DNA of 64,000 bases from Terriglobia bacterium (GTDB lineage: Bacteria > Acidobacteriota > Polarisedimenticolia > Polarisedimenticolales > JAIQFR01). Numbering within the stretch: the stretch's first letter is position 1; each line of letters opens with the position of its first letter. The stretch is taken from contig CAVVHE010000004.1 in the NCBI GenBank assembly GCA_963748015.1, positions 1,280,001-1,344,000 on the forward strand. Direction: 5' to 3'. The notes under the pieces were generated by a model that did no database searches, was not told where the DNA came from, and saw only the letters and a program-made list of their open reading frames with translations. The translations under genes and the position numbers were made by a program. Below, piece by piece: positions 1 through 10,581 of the stretch.

Positions 1-258
1 GCTGTTCGAGAACGGCATGTCGGCGATCACGCCGGGGGCGATCGTCGTGATGTTCGCCGCCTGGACGTCGCTGCTCAGCATGAAGAGGTTGTCCGTTCGC
101 TCCACGCTGCTCGAGAAGAGCGGGTAGAGGAAGACCCGGCCGACGGGGATCGCAGTGGCCTCGGACGGACTGTCGGGAACCTGCCCCAGGACCGCCTGAC
201 CGCTCGCAAGAGTCCCCACGAGCAGCGCGCCGGCCAAGGATCCGCGACGAGAGAGCAC
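1..258 (-). CDS. Secreted, probable outer-membrane beta-barrel protein associated with polysaccharide export (3' end runs off window)
   Basis: Manual translation from GTG 258 (GGGGGA upstream): MLSRRGSLAGALLVGTLASGQAVLGQ signal peptide then IPVGRVFLYPLFSSSVERTDNLF...ITTIAPG; open to position 1; follows wecA-like gene. Confidence 0.6.
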   Translation of the reverse strand, partial: MLSRRGSLAGALLVGTLASGQAVLGQVPDSPSEATAIPVGRVFLYPLFSSSVERTDNLFMLSSDVQAANITTIAPGVIADMPFSNS

Positions 259-295
259 ACGATCCCCCCATCATCACCAAAACAAATAAGTTAGC

Positions 296-1453
296 TTATG
301 TCGGGTGGGTCGTCAACGCGGACGAGGAACCGGCCGCCGCCCGGTCGTCCCCTCCCCCGGTCGAGCGCCGCCGGGAGAGCTTCGCGACGAGCTTGATGAG
401 CGCGACGCTGCCGATCGAGAGGGAGAGGGTCAGCAGGGCCACGACGACGCTGTTCTGGACCATCACGAGATAGCCGGACAGCGCGAAGAGCGAGGCGATC
501 AGGTACAAGGCGAGGACCGCCCGGCGCGGCGAGAGCCCCAGGTCGAGGAGGTTGTGGTGCACGTGTCCGCGGTCGGCGCGGGAGATTCGCCGGAAGAACC
601 GCAGCGGCACGGGCCCCCGCTCCCCGCCGTCGCGCCGCGCCCGCCGGGCGATGCTGGTCGCGAGGTCCAGGAGCGGCAAGCCCATGATCATCAAGGGCAC
701 CAGGATCGCCACGGTGGTGGTGCTCTTCTGGGAGCCGCGAATCGAGATCACCGCGAGGGCGAAGCCGAGGAACTGGCTTCCGCCGTCACCCATGAAGATC
801 CGGGCCGGCGCGAAGTTGTAGCGCAGGAAGCCGAGGAGGGCTCCGCCGAGACCGGCCGCGCAGATCAGCACGCCGAAGGAGTCGTTGAGGATCGCCAGCG
901 ACCCGACGCTCGCGGTGACGATGAGAGCCAACCCTCCCGCCAGCCCGTCGAGGCCGTCGATCAGGTTCATCGCGTTCGTCACCAGGACGATCCACGCGAA
1001 CGTGAGGAGGGAGTTCACGATGCCGAGATGGACGACCCCCACGACCGGGAGCGTCATCGTTCCGGCCTCGACGCCGGTGCCCACCACGAGCGCGGCGGCG
1101 ACGGCCTGGAAGGCGAACTTCGCGAGCGGGCGAAACTGGTAGATGTCGTCGAGCGTCCCCGCGACGAAGATCACCAGGGTCCCGAGACCCACGCCGTACC
1201 AGGGGAATCCGTGAGAGAGATCCAGCAGCCGGAACGCGCGCCCCGTCAGCAGGACACTGGCCCCGATCCCCGCGGCTGCGCCGAGGAAGATCCCGATGCC
1301 GCCGAGGCGCGGAATGGCTCCCCGATGAACCCTTCGCCCGCCGGGCAAGTCCACCGCGCCGAGGTGTTCCGCGAGGCGGATCACCGCGGGCATGATGCTC
1401 AAGCTGACGACCAGCGAGAGGACGAAGCTGACGAGATAGCCTAGTTCGCGCAC
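296..1453 (-). CDS. wecA: MraY/WecA-family undecaprenyl-phosphate N-acetylhexosamine-1-phosphate transferase
   Basis: Motifs RRVH-IPRLGG, GTLDD, NAMNLIDGLDGLA, IFMGDGGS, DRGHVHH; multi-TM; start set to GTG 1453 within ORF 296..1543. Confidence 0.88.
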   Translation of the reverse strand: MRELGYLVSFVLSLVVSLSIMPAVIRLAEHLGAVDLPGGRRVHRGAIPRLGGIGIFLGAAAGIGASVLLTGRAFRLLDLSHGFPWYGVGLGTLVIFVAGTLDDIYQFRPLAKFAFQAVAAALVVGTGVEAGTMTLPVVGVVHLGIVNSLLTFAWIVLVTNAMNLIDGLDGLAGGLALIVTASVGSLAILNDSFGVLICAAGLGGALLGFLRYNFAPARIFMGDGGSQFLGFALAVISIRGSQKSTTTVAILVPLMIMGLPLLDLATSIARRARRDGGERGPVPLRFFRRISRADRGHVHHNLLDLGLSPRRAVLALYLIASLFALSGYLVMVQNSVVVALLTLSLSIGSVALIKLVAKLSRRRSTGGGDDRAAAGSSSALTTHPT

Positions 1454-1597
1454 CCGGGTTCTCCGAAACGGTCCGAGACTATATACGGTGATCCCGCCGT
1501 TCTGCCCGTCGGAACGGCAGAAAACCGGGCCGAGCGGAGCCAAGCCTTTAATCTGTCTGGATTTACGGCCTCGACCCCGCGCCCGGACGGACCGGGT

Positions 1598-2380
1598 TCA
1601 CTCCCGGTCCATCCGTCGTTGCCTCCGGTCCAAGAAATCGTAGCCCCCGGCGAGGCGCCACCTCAGCTGCCGGGGCCCGTCCCCCGCCTCGAGGGTGAGG
1701 CGCCGCAAGACCAGCGGGTCGGTCCCGGGCGGATTCTGCCCGACCCGTCCCGAGCAGGCGGCGGATATCCCGGCCCGCGCCACGGCCGACCGCGCTCGCG
1801 GGCTGTAGCGGCCGTTGGGGTAGCAGAAATGAGAGGGCCGGACGCCGGTGAGGTCCTCGATCCTCCGAGCGCACTCGCCGAGCTCGCTCGCGATGTCCGG
1901 GTCGGAGAGCGCGGTCAAGTCCCTGTGGGTATGGGTGTGGTTGCCGAGGGCGACGCCCATCTCCAGCATCCGGGGCAGCTCCGAGGACGTCACGTAGGGG
2001 CGCCGGTCGAGGTAGGAGGTCGCGACGAACACCGTCGCCGGCCAGCCCCGCCGGGCCAGCTCGGGGAACGCGCCGGAGAGATTGCTCGCCCAGCCGTCGT
2101 CGAACGTGATCGCGAGGATCGGCTCCCCGGGGGGCGTCGCTTGGCGCACCGCCCGCGCGACGTCGTCGAGGGGAACGACCCGGTAGCCGAGGTCCTCGAC
2201 CAGCGCCATCTGCCCCGCGAAATCGAGCCACCACGGATGGGAAGGGTCCGCTTCCGTCGTGTGATACGCGAGGACCGCCGCGCCGCGGGCGGGATTCGAG
2301 GGCGAACGGCCCAGCGCGGAAAGGAATGCGATCGATCGCTTAACGAATTGCCGGACCGGCCGGGCTCTGGGCGGTCCCAT
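1598..2380 (-). CDS. Polysaccharide deacetylase (NodB/CE4 family)
   Basis: VLAYH, ITFDDG, NHTHTH, FCYPNG motifs; start approximate. Confidence 0.9.
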   Translation of the reverse strand: MGPPRARPVRQFVKRSIAFLSALGRSPSNPARGAAVLAYHTTEADPSHPWWLDFAGQMALVEDLGYRVVPLDDVARAVRQATPPGEPILAITFDDGWASNLSGAFPELARRGWPATVFVATSYLDRRPYVTSSELPRMLEMGVALGNHTHTHRDLTALSDPDIASELGECARRIEDLTGVRPSHFCYPNGRYSPRARSAVARAGISAACSGRVGQNPPGTDPLVLRRLTLEAGDGPRQLRWRLAGGYDFLDRRQRRMDRE

Positions 2381-3899
2381 GCCCCCCCAGCGCGGGTCCC
2401 AGCTCGGAGTTTCCGCCACCGGTGTCTCCTATTCCCGCGGGCGCTGGCTCGCCGGCGGCGGCCGATTCCGCCGCCCCCCCGTAGTCGAGGTTGAAGAAGG
2501 CGAGCGACGCGATCAACGGCACGTAGGTCATACCCCAAAAGGCGAGCATGCTCGCCATCTCGCCCCGGACCTCTCCGAGGCCCATCAGGAACAACGCGGG
2601 GAACAGCACGCGGGCGGGCCGGGTCTGCAATCCGCCCCGCATCCCGGTCACCGCGTAAACCGCCACGACTCTGCAGGCCACGCCCATCAGCAGACCGCCC
2701 AGGATGATTCCCGGCCAGCCGAGGTTGACGTAGAAATCCCCCAGCATCGTCGGGGCGAGGCTCAACCCCTGCGTGGGGTCGAAGAAGGGCCCGACGAAAT
2801 AGCGCGTGATCTCCTTGCCCATCCCGACGGGTTTTCCGGGCCACAGCGCGCGAGGGATCGGGCCGAGAAGCGTGACGAGAAGCGTCTGCCCGTAGCGGAA
2901 CGGCTCGGCCTGAGGGAAGATCTCCCAGATCATGCACACCGTCGAGAACGGGTCGGCCATCGACTGGAAGAACGCGATGCCCGCGTCCTGGCTCTGGATG
3001 CGCCTCGGGTCGGCCCCCGTTCCGCCGATCAGCTCCAGGACGGGACGATGGCGGATCGCCCCCCAGACGGAGAAGAACACCAGGAGCAGCGCCAGGGTCC
3101 CGGCGATCTTGACCTTCGAGACGGCGCCGGCCCCCTTCCGGAGCATCATCATCGCCACGAGGCCGAAAAAGAGGTAGAGCAGGTATTTCCGGACACCGAA
3201 CACGATCCCGAAGTAGACCAGGTTGAACGCCATGAGGCCGCCGAAGAACGCGACCCCCGCCCGGGACCGCTTCGGCGCGTGCATGAGCCGCCACGCCACG
3301 AGCATCGTCGCGACGACGATGCCGTTCTGGAAGAGCAGGAAGATCGCGCTGCCCTGCACGAAGACGCCGTAGGCCTGGCTGAAGCGGGCGATCAGACCGC
3401 CCTGGTACTCGACCCAGGCGATGCACCCCGCGACGCAGACGATCACGCTCGCAATCTCGATCCAGAGGCCGGGCAACTTGCGGGAGGACCGGGCGAAGAC
3501 CGGCAGATGGCTCGCGACGATCTCGCCCAGCCGCTGCTGGTAGCCGACGATCATCGCGGCCAGCATCAGGCAGAACGCCGCAAGAACGACGAGCGGCGTC
3601 GTGGGCTGGACGGGACGGGCGAAGGCGAGGTGCGACAGGCCGAGACCGAAGGCGACGACGGCGATGGGCCCGATGATGAAGAACTGGACGAGGAACAGGC
3701 ACTGCAGGGCGAAGGGGTCGCAGAAAAGAGCGAGCTGCTTCACGGGGCGCATGACGATCCCGCACACGATCAGGCTAGCCGCGACGGTCACCAGCAGCAC
3801 GACCTGCACGAGCAGCGCGTCCGCGATCTGCTCGAGGAGCAGCACGGCCGGCAACGCTAGCAGCGTCGCCGCGAGCAGCAGGAGCGCGGTTCTCTTCAT
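2340..3899 (-). CDS. wzy: Oligosaccharide repeat-unit polymerase (Wzy-like)
   Basis: About 11-12 TM segments; periplasmic loop YGQT...PIPRALWPGKP...PTMLGDFYVNLGWPG typical of Wzy; next to flippase. Confidence 0.75.
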   Translation of the reverse strand: MKRTALLLLAATLLALPAVLLLEQIADALLVQVVLLVTVAASLIVCGIVMRPVKQLALFCDPFALQCLFLVQFFIIGPIAVVAFGLGLSHLAFARPVQPTTPLVVLAAFCLMLAAMIVGYQQRLGEIVASHLPVFARSSRKLPGLWIEIASVIVCVAGCIAWVEYQGGLIARFSQAYGVFVQGSAIFLLFQNGIVVATMLVAWRLMHAPKRSRAGVAFFGGLMAFNLVYFGIVFGVRKYLLYLFFGLVAMMMLRKGAGAVSKVKIAGTLALLLVFFSVWGAIRHRPVLELIGGTGADPRRIQSQDAGIAFFQSMADPFSTVCMIWEIFPQAEPFRYGQTLLVTLLGPIPRALWPGKPVGMGKEITRYFVGPFFDPTQGLSLAPTMLGDFYVNLGWPGIILGGLLMGVACRVVAVYAVTGMRGGLQTRPARVLFPALFLMGLGEVRGEMASMLAFWGMTYVPLIASLAFFNLDYGGAAESAAAGEPAPAGIGDTGGGNSELGPALGGHGTAQSPAGPAIR

Positions 3900-3993
3900 T
3901 TCGCCTCGGCAACGGGGCCTCGGGCAATATACCCCGCGGGCGCCGGTGGAACCACCTCGCCCCGCGCCGCTCGTCCTGCGCGGGAGGGACGTT

Positions 3994-5474
3994 TCACGCC
4001 GGGCGGAGGAGCCTCCGCGCGATACCCCGTGCTTCGTCGAGGGTAACCCGCCCCGCGAGCGCGAACACGGCCAGGAAGCCCGCGAAGAGGCCGGCCGCCA
4101 CCAGCCTTCCCGGGTCGAGCCAGATCGAGGCGGCGGCCGCGCCCGCTCCGACCACCCAGGCGGCGTGGACTCGGGAAGGCACCCGCGCGCCGAGGCGCAG
4201 TCGGAGCACGAGGATGATCGCCGTCTGCTGGATCAACGCTCCGGCGGTCGCGGCGGCGGCCGCGCCGTGCAGACCGAACGCCGGGACCAGGGCCGCGAGC
4301 AGGGCGAACGTCGAGACCACGTAGACGACGGAGGCCAGGACGTATGCGCGGAACGCTCCCAGCGCGACGGCCATGCCGATCCCCAGGTACACCAGGGGAC
4401 CCGCCAGGCTCGACACCGCCAGTATCCGCAGGAGGTTCCTGTGCTCGACGAAGCCCGGACCGAAGACCGCCATCGCGTCCCGCGCGTACAGGATGAACGC
4501 CAGGCTCGCGGGAACGATGAACAGGTAGGCGGCCTTCATCGCGCTCTCCGCCTTGCGGAGCACGTCCTCGCGGAGGCCGGCGACCTCGAGCGTCGAGAGG
4601 CCTGGCGCGATCACCGACGAGAGCATCACCGGCACGAGCGAGAGGAGCGCGGGGTACCGCATCGCACCGTAGAGATAGCCGAGCGACGTGACGTCGAGCC
4701 AGAGGAGCACGAACGACGGAGCCAGGCTGGTGTAGACGAACGTGACGACCGTCTCGAGGTGCGTGTAGAGCACCACGTACCAGAAGCCGGCAGGCAGCAG
4801 CCAGCGCATCGGGGCCCGGTGCGCGAACTCGGGGGTGCGCCCGACCGAAAACACGCCGACGAGCGCCGCTCCCCCGTAGATCGCCAGGGCCGCCCGCCAG
4901 AGGTAGCCGGCCGGATCGGAGGCCAGGGTGCCGCGAAAGACCGTGATGCCGCACAGCGCCGCGAGGAAGAACCCCACGATGACCGACTTCAGCGTCACGG
5001 CGGCCCGAGGGGCCTCGAGAGAGGCGAAGAGGAAGTGACACGAGAACGCGTAGAGCACGACCGCGACGCAGAACGCGAACGCCAGCGGAACCGGCGGCTC
5101 CCCGAAATGCCGGAGCAGAGACTCCACCAGCCCGGGCGCCGCCGGAAGGGCGACGACGCCCACCCCGACGAACAATCCCAGCACGATGAGGGTGTACGAA
5201 ACGAGGAATCGGAAGCGGTCCTCGCGCCGCAGGGCCGGCACGAAGCGCGTGAACACGTAGGCCCCCCCAGCACGAAGAAGGTGTGGAAGCCCTGTACGAA
5301 GACGTTGATGGCGCCGAAGTAGCCCAGCGCCTTAGGGGAGACTCGGCCCATGACCATGTTCGTGAAGAAGGAGAGGGGAAGGGTGAACAGGTTCAGCAGA
5401 AGGACCCACCGCACCCCGGAAACCGAGCGCCGGGTCACCTCGCCGCTGAGATCCGCCGCCGGGGTCCGGGACAC
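3994..5474 (-). CDS. wzx: Polysaccharide flippase (Wzx/MOP family), frameshifted at C7 run 5262-5268
   Basis: GTG 5474 (GAGGAG SD) frame reads VSRTPAADLSGEVTRRSVSGVRWVLLLN...LGG and continues as VFTRFVP (ORF 3994..5256) if one G is added; many TM segments. Confidence 0.75.
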
Positions 5475-5491
5475 GTGATCCCTCTCCTCGC

Positions 5492-6643
5492 TCACGACGC
5501 CTCGTATTCGAGGAAGAACAAGCTGCCGTCCCCGTCGTACGGGCAGGCGTACCAGGCGTCTTCCCGCCGGAGAGCCGCGGCGAGGAACGGGTCGGCCGCG
5601 TTGTAGAAGTACGGGGAGTCCGGAATGCGCCGGACGAGCGGCCTCCCCGCGAGGAAGCGCGAGCGGACCACACCGGGGAAACCGATCATCTCCAGAAGGT
5701 GCACCCCGTCCGCTCCGGCGGCATCGAAGGACGCGGCGAACAGCGCGTCGAGTATCTCCGCGTCGTCGCGCTCCGCCACGACGTCGGCCACCCTCGTCCT
5801 GAGCAGTCCGGAGACCTTGTCGTCCATCCGGAGCAGCGCCGCGTATCCCACCAGCGCGCCCGACCGGCGGGCGCAGAGGACGCTCACCTTGCCCGCGATC
5901 GTCGGGCCCCCGAAGTGCCAGCGGAGAATCCGCGAGCTGCGGCAGGACAGCAGCTGCTGGACCTCCGCCGATTTCCGTTCCCAGAGGTCGTCGAATTCTG
6001 CCCCGAACTCGATGCCCGGGAGCCGGCCGACCTCGATGCCTCGCCCGCCGCGCACCGGTCCCCTGCCTCGGAGCGCGCCGTCGAGACGCAGCGCGGCGCC
6101 GGCGAAGGGCGCCGCGGCTCGCGACAGCCAGGGCGGAACGCCGCGCTTCCGGAGCACCGCGCCGGCAGCGCCGGCCGCATCGAGAGTCCACGACAGCACG
6201 GTGACGTAGTCGCAGGGGACTTCGTACGCCTGCGCTTTTCGCATGAGGCGCGCCGCGTAAGGGCTGCAGGTCGTGAAGACGGTCAGGTCGACGTCCCTCT
6301 GGTTCCTGCAGGCGGAAGTCAGTTCGAGACCGTAACCGGCGCCGCGGCAGGCGGGGTCGACGACCAGCGCGGTCGCCGCGCCGACGCGCACGGCCCGGTT
6401 TCCGAAGCGGTAGGACTCCGGAATGCTCCCGAAGTATCCCAGGATCTCGCCGCCGCGCTCCACGACGAATCCGAGGGCCGGGGCCGGATCGAAATCCTCG
6501 AGAGCCGGGTTCGCGTCGAACAGCCAGCGCCAAGTGGCCTCGGTCGTGCGGCCCCAGCCGCTCCTTTCCTTGAGCGCGGCGATTCCATCGAAGTCCGCGA
6601 GCGTCGCCTCCCTGAGGTCGCCCCGCCCGTCCTTCGTCTTCAT
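5492..6643 (-). CDS. GNAT-family N-acyltransferase (two-domain)
   Basis: ATG 6643 MKTKDGRGDLREATLADFDGI; LVVDPACRGAGYG acetyl-CoA motif. Confidence 0.75.
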   Translation of the reverse strand: MKTKDGRGDLREATLADFDGIAALKERSGWGRTTEATWRWLFDANPALEDFDPAPALGFVVERGGEILGYFGSIPESYRFGNRAVRVGAATALVVDPACRGAGYGLELTSACRNQRDVDLTVFTTCSPYAARLMRKAQAYEVPCDYVTVLSWTLDAAGAAGAVLRKRGVPPWLSRAAAPFAGAALRLDGALRGRGPVRGGRGIEVGRLPGIEFGAEFDDLWERKSAEVQQLLSCRSSRILRWHFGGPTIAGKVSVLCARRSGALVGYAALLRMDDKVSGLLRTRVADVVAERDDAEILDALFAASFDAAGADGVHLLEMIGFPGVVRSRFLAGRPLVRRIPDSPYFYNAADPFLAAALRREDAWYACPYDGDGSLFFLEYEAS

Positions 6644-6645
6644 CG

Positions 6646-7908
6646 CTATCTCCCCGAAGCCTCGCCCGCCCAGCGCTCGAGAACCTTGTCGTCCGGATTG
6701 TCCCTCGCCCAGGTCCGTACCAGGTTGTCCGCGGTGCTGTTCCGGCCGAGCCTGCGGTAGAGGTCCACGAGGGCCCGGGCGAGCGGGAGGCTGTCCGTCG
6801 GGAGGACAAAGCCTTCGCGAATCGTCCGTTCTGCGAGATCGATCTCCCCCGCCTTCTCGCACGCGAGAGCCGCCTGGACACGCAGCCCCTCGTCCGCCGG
6901 CTCCTCGCGAAGGCTCTCGCGCAGCACGGGGCACGCCTCCGCGGGTCGATCGAGGCGAAGCGCTATCGCGCCGATCCTGCGTCCGACCGCCCCCCCCGGG
7001 AACCCCTCGTCCCTCGCCTGCCGAAGGCTCGCGATCGCCTCCTCCGGGTTTCCCACGGCTTCGAGGGCCGCGCCTAGCTCGAAGGACGCGTAGTAGCGCT
7101 CGTAGTCGTTCGTCGCGTCCGTGTGCGCCGCACGGAGATGCGCCACGGCGGTCTCGGCGTCGCCCTGAGCCAGGGCGAACTTCCCCACCTCGCGGTGCAG
7201 CATGCTCCGCTCGAACGCCGGGGATTTCGAGATCCCCTCCTCGAGTCCCTTGAGCACCGCCCTGTAGAGCGGAGCGACGAGCCGTTTGCTCGCCCAGAAA
7301 TGGAACGCCGGCGCGGGCATCATTCTCGCCGACTCGACGTAGACCCCCTCCGCGCGCTCGACGGCGCCGGTGAACTCGTAGATCGCCGCGAGGGTGTCCA
7401 GCTGCTCGTATCCCTTGGGCTTGAGGAAGATGCCCGTCTTCGCGGCCGCGTACGCTATTGCGTAAGACGCGTCCATGATCCCCTGGCTCCGCCGCTCCAT
7501 CTGCGCGAGGTCGATCCCGTTCTCGAGGTCGCGAAGACGTACCTGCCTCGTCGCGACCTCCGCGAGCCCGCTCCACGACCACGCGTCCACGGGGCAGCGG
7601 AGCACGGCGCCGGCGTAGCCGTTCCATGCCATGTCGAGGGCCGCCTCCTTCTCGCGGAGACCGCCGGGCTCGTCGCGGTGGACCTCGTAGTACGACATCC
7701 CCGCGTCGCCCATCCAGGACCAGATCTGCGAGTCGGACGCGGAGACGTCGCGGGCCAAGCCGAACTCCCGCGCCGCCTCGAGCCAGCGCGCCTCGCCGAA
7801 CTCCCGGATCCCCGCCGCGCGGTGCCGGTCGAAACGGGTCAGCCTCGCGGCCTGCCAGCCCTGAAGCAGGACCACGAGGATCGCCAGCAGGCGGATCGCC
7901 CAGCGCAC
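6646..7908 (-). CDS. Tetratricopeptide-repeat protein with N-terminal TM/signal segment
   Basis: Hydrophobic N-terminus; helical TPR-like repeats (YFELG-type: ASFELGAALEAVGNPEEAIASLRQA). Confidence 0.72.
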   Translation of the reverse strand: MRWAIRLLAILVVLLQGWQAARLTRFDRHRAAGIREFGEARWLEAAREFGLARDVSASDSQIWSWMGDAGMSYYEVHRDEPGGLREKEAALDMAWNGYAGAVLRCPVDAWSWSGLAEVATRQVRLRDLENGIDLAQMERRSQGIMDASYAIAYAAAKTGIFLKPKGYEQLDTLAAIYEFTGAVERAEGVYVESARMMPAPAFHFWASKRLVAPLYRAVLKGLEEGISKSPAFERSMLHREVGKFALAQGDAETAVAHLRAAHTDATNDYERYYASFELGAALEAVGNPEEAIASLRQARDEGFPGGAVGRRIGAIALRLDRPAEACPVLRESLREEPADEGLRVQAALACEKAGEIDLAERTIREGFVLPTDSLPLARALVDLYRRLGRNSTADNLVRTWARDNPDDKVLERWAGEASGR

Positions 7909-7912
7909 GGCC

Positions 7913-9001
7913 TCACCTCACCAGGGTTCGAGCGAGCACCTCGACGATGCGCTCGGCCGCGCGGCCGTCCCAGAGCTCGGGGACGCGGCCGGCGGCGGGA
8001 GCGTCCAGCGCCTTGCGGATCGCCTGCCTCACGCCCTCCGGGCGGGTTCCGGCCAGGACGTTCGTCCCCTCCCGGATCGTGACGGGCCGTTCGGTGTTCT
8101 CCCGAAGGGTGACGCACGGAACCCCGAGGACCGTCGTCTCTTCCTGGATGCCGCCGGAATCGGTCAGCACCACGCGCGCGTTGGCCATCAAGCCGAGGAA
8201 TTCGAGGTAGCCGATCGGCTCCAGCAGCCGGAGCCCCCCGTCCTCGCGGACGCCGATGTCCCGGAGCACGCCGCGGGTCCTCGGGTGGACCGGGAACACG
8301 ACGGGCATGCGCGTCGCGAGCTCGAGGATCGGCTCGAGCAGCGGACGGAGGGTCGCGGGATCGTCCACGTTGGACGGGCGGTGCAGCGTCAGCACGCCGT
8401 AGCCCCGGGCCGTCAGGCCCATGCGCGCGGCGGGATCGAGCGCCTCCGCCCTCGCCCGGAAGCGCATCAGCGTGTCGATCATCACGTTCCCGACGAAGTG
8501 GACCTTGGAGCCGTCGACCCCCTCGCGGGACAGGTTCTCGAGGCCGCTGCGCTCGCTGACGAAGAGCCAGTCGGAGATCGAGTCGGTGACGAGCCGGTTG
8601 ATCTCCTCGGGCATGGAGCGGTCGAAGCTCCGGAGTCCCGCTTCGACGTGCGCGACGAGGATTCCGAGCTTCACAGCCACGAGCGAAGCGGCCACGGTGG
8701 AGTTGACGTCCCCCACCACGAGCACCGCGGCCGGCTTCCGCTCCACGAGGACCGGCTCGATCCGCGTCATGACCTCTGCGGTCTGCCGGGCGTGGCTTCC
8801 CGATCCCACGTCCAGACGGATGCGCGGCTCGGGTATCCCGAGCTGCTCGAAGAACAGGTCCGACATCTCCCGGTCGTAGTGCTGGCCGGTGTGAACGAGA
8901 GTCCCCTCGAGCCGGCCGTCCTTGGCGAGCGCCGCCGCGATAGGAGCGATCTTCATGAAGTTGGGCCGGGCGCCGGCCACGAGGATCACTTCGGGTCTCA
9001 C
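7913..9001 (-). CDS. wecB: UDP-N-acetylglucosamine 2-epimerase (non-hydrolysing)
   Basis: GARPNFMK, HTGQHYD, GDVNST, HVEAGLRS, TDSGGIQEE, TERP. Confidence 0.96.
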   Translation of the reverse strand: MRPEVILVAGARPNFMKIAPIAAALAKDGRLEGTLVHTGQHYDREMSDLFFEQLGIPEPRIRLDVGSGSHARQTAEVMTRIEPVLVERKPAAVLVVGDVNSTVAASLVAVKLGILVAHVEAGLRSFDRSMPEEINRLVTDSISDWLFVSERSGLENLSREGVDGSKVHFVGNVMIDTLMRFRARAEALDPAARMGLTARGYGVLTLHRPSNVDDPATLRPLLEPILELATRMPVVFPVHPRTRGVLRDIGVREDGGLRLLEPIGYLEFLGLMANARVVLTDSGGIQEETTVLGVPCVTLRENTERPVTIREGTNVLAGTRPEGVRQAIRKALDAPAAGRVPELWDGRAAERIVEVLARTLVR

Positions 9002-10530
9002 GATGTCGCCTCTTTCTCGGGCGGTCCCGCCGGGGCCGGGCGGTCCGCTGCCGCGGCCGCCAGGATGCCCACGAGCGTCGCGAACAGAGCTCCGACGGCG
9101 GGAATCTGGAGGTTGAAGTCCACGCTGGTGTGAACCAGCATCGCGAAGATCGCCGCGCCCACGCCGACCGTGGTCCACCTGCGGGCGGCCGGGGCCGGGT
9201 CGAACGCCGGGAGGACCACCTTCGAGATGAAGAGCGCCAGGAAGGCGAGGAGGAGCAGGAGTCCCACCGCGCCGGTCTCGGACAGCAGCTGCAGGTAGTC
9301 GTTGTGGGCCTCGGCCCAGATCTGCCACTCCCCTTCCCGCTGGTACGACACGAAGGCCCACTGGAACGTGCCGAGTCCGGTGCCGGTGAGCGGGTAGTCG
9401 AAAACGACGTCCATCGTCTTCGCCCATGCGTCGAGACGCAGCGCGAGCGAGCCGTCCTGCGCCACCGAGACGTGGGGGGTCATGCGCGCGCCGGGGAAGA
9501 CGTGGCCGATCATCCCGGCGCACAGCCCGACCGCGATCACGCCGACGAAGGCCGTCGCGATCCAGCGCTTGCCGAGGGTTTTCCCGGCGAACAGAAAGAG
9601 GATCCCGGAGACCAGCCCGAGCCAGGCCCCTCTCGACCCCGAGAGGTAAAGGCCGACGACCGACACGCCCGCAAGGACGCCCAGGACCAGAAGACGCGGC
9701 TGGATCCAGGTCCGCTCGAGGACGGCGAGACGGATTCCTCGGCGATCGAGACGCCCGGTCGGACGGCTCGCGAGCGCCAGCGCGAGGCCCGCGAGGACCA
9801 TGAGCCCGAGCACCACGTATCCACCCAGGTGATCCGGATTCACGAACGGGCCGAGAGGCCGCGAGTCGGATGGTCTCTGCCTCAGCCACAGCACCTTGTC
9901 GCTTCCCGATAGCCGGTGCAGGAAGGCGACGAGCGCCACCGTCCCCGACCACCCCCCCGTCACCCAGAGCAGCCGGTAGCGCGAGAACTCGTTCCGCGAG
10001 AGACGCGCGGCGACGGCGACGAAAGCGAGCATCGTCACCCATGCCAGGATCGCGCGCCGCGTCCCGTAGGGGTAGATCGAGAGGGTCCGTCCCACCAGGG
10101 GGTCGCCGGCGTCCGCAGCGCCCTTCGGCGCGGCCGCGCCGTCCGCGACCGTCACCCCTTCGGCGCGTGCCTTGGCGAGCAGCCAGCCGGGGAGGGCCTC
10201 GCCGCCGCCGGCAGGAACGGTCCGGGCATAGGCCGTCGCCGCTTTCGGGGAAAGCGCTCGCAGGATGCCCGGCGAGAGCGGGACGAGTTGGAGACCGGCC
10301 CAGACCAGCAGCGCCGCTCCCGGGATCAGGACCGCCAAGACGGGTCCGCCGAAGACCCGCCCGGCGGGGCGGCTCCAGAGCACCAGCCCGAGGGCGACGA
10401 GGATGCCGAACCTCAGCCACTCGCCTGCCCACATCTCGACCGCCCCGAAGGCGAACGCGGATCCGCCGAGAAGCAGGGCCAGCACGCCGAAGGCCAGCCA
10501 AGTAGCTGTGTCGCGCTTATGCAACTCCAT
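8998..10530 (-). CDS. O-antigen ligase / O-oligosaccharyltransferase family membrane protein
   Basis: GPFVNPDHLGGY, SGSRGA, GTGLGTF, AHNDYLQ..SETG, HTSVDFNL (Wzy_C domain). Confidence 0.88.
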   Translation of the reverse strand: MELHKRDTATWLAFGVLALLLGGSAFAFGAVEMWAGEWLRFGILVALGLVLWSRPAGRVFGGPVLAVLIPGAALLVWAGLQLVPLSPGILRALSPKAATAYARTVPAGGGEALPGWLLAKARAEGVTVADGAAAPKGAADAGDPLVGRTLSIYPYGTRRAILAWVTMLAFVAVAARLSRNEFSRYRLLWVTGGWSGTVALVAFLHRLSGSDKVLWLRQRPSDSRPLGPFVNPDHLGGYVVLGLMVLAGLALALASRPTGRLDRRGIRLAVLERTWIQPRLLVLGVLAGVSVVGLYLSGSRGAWLGLVSGILFLFAGKTLGKRWIATAFVGVIAVGLCAGMIGHVFPGARMTPHVSVAQDGSLALRLDAWAKTMDVVFDYPLTGTGLGTFQWAFVSYQREGEWQIWAEAHNDYLQLLSETGAVGLLLLLAFLALFISKVVLPAFDPAPAARRWTTVGVGAAIFAMLVHTSVDFNLQIPAVGALFATLVGILAAAAADRPAPAGPPEKEATS

Positions 10531-10581
10531 CCCCCCGGACACCGGCGTCCTCCGCGCGGTTCGCGAAGGCGCGCCGCCGCT

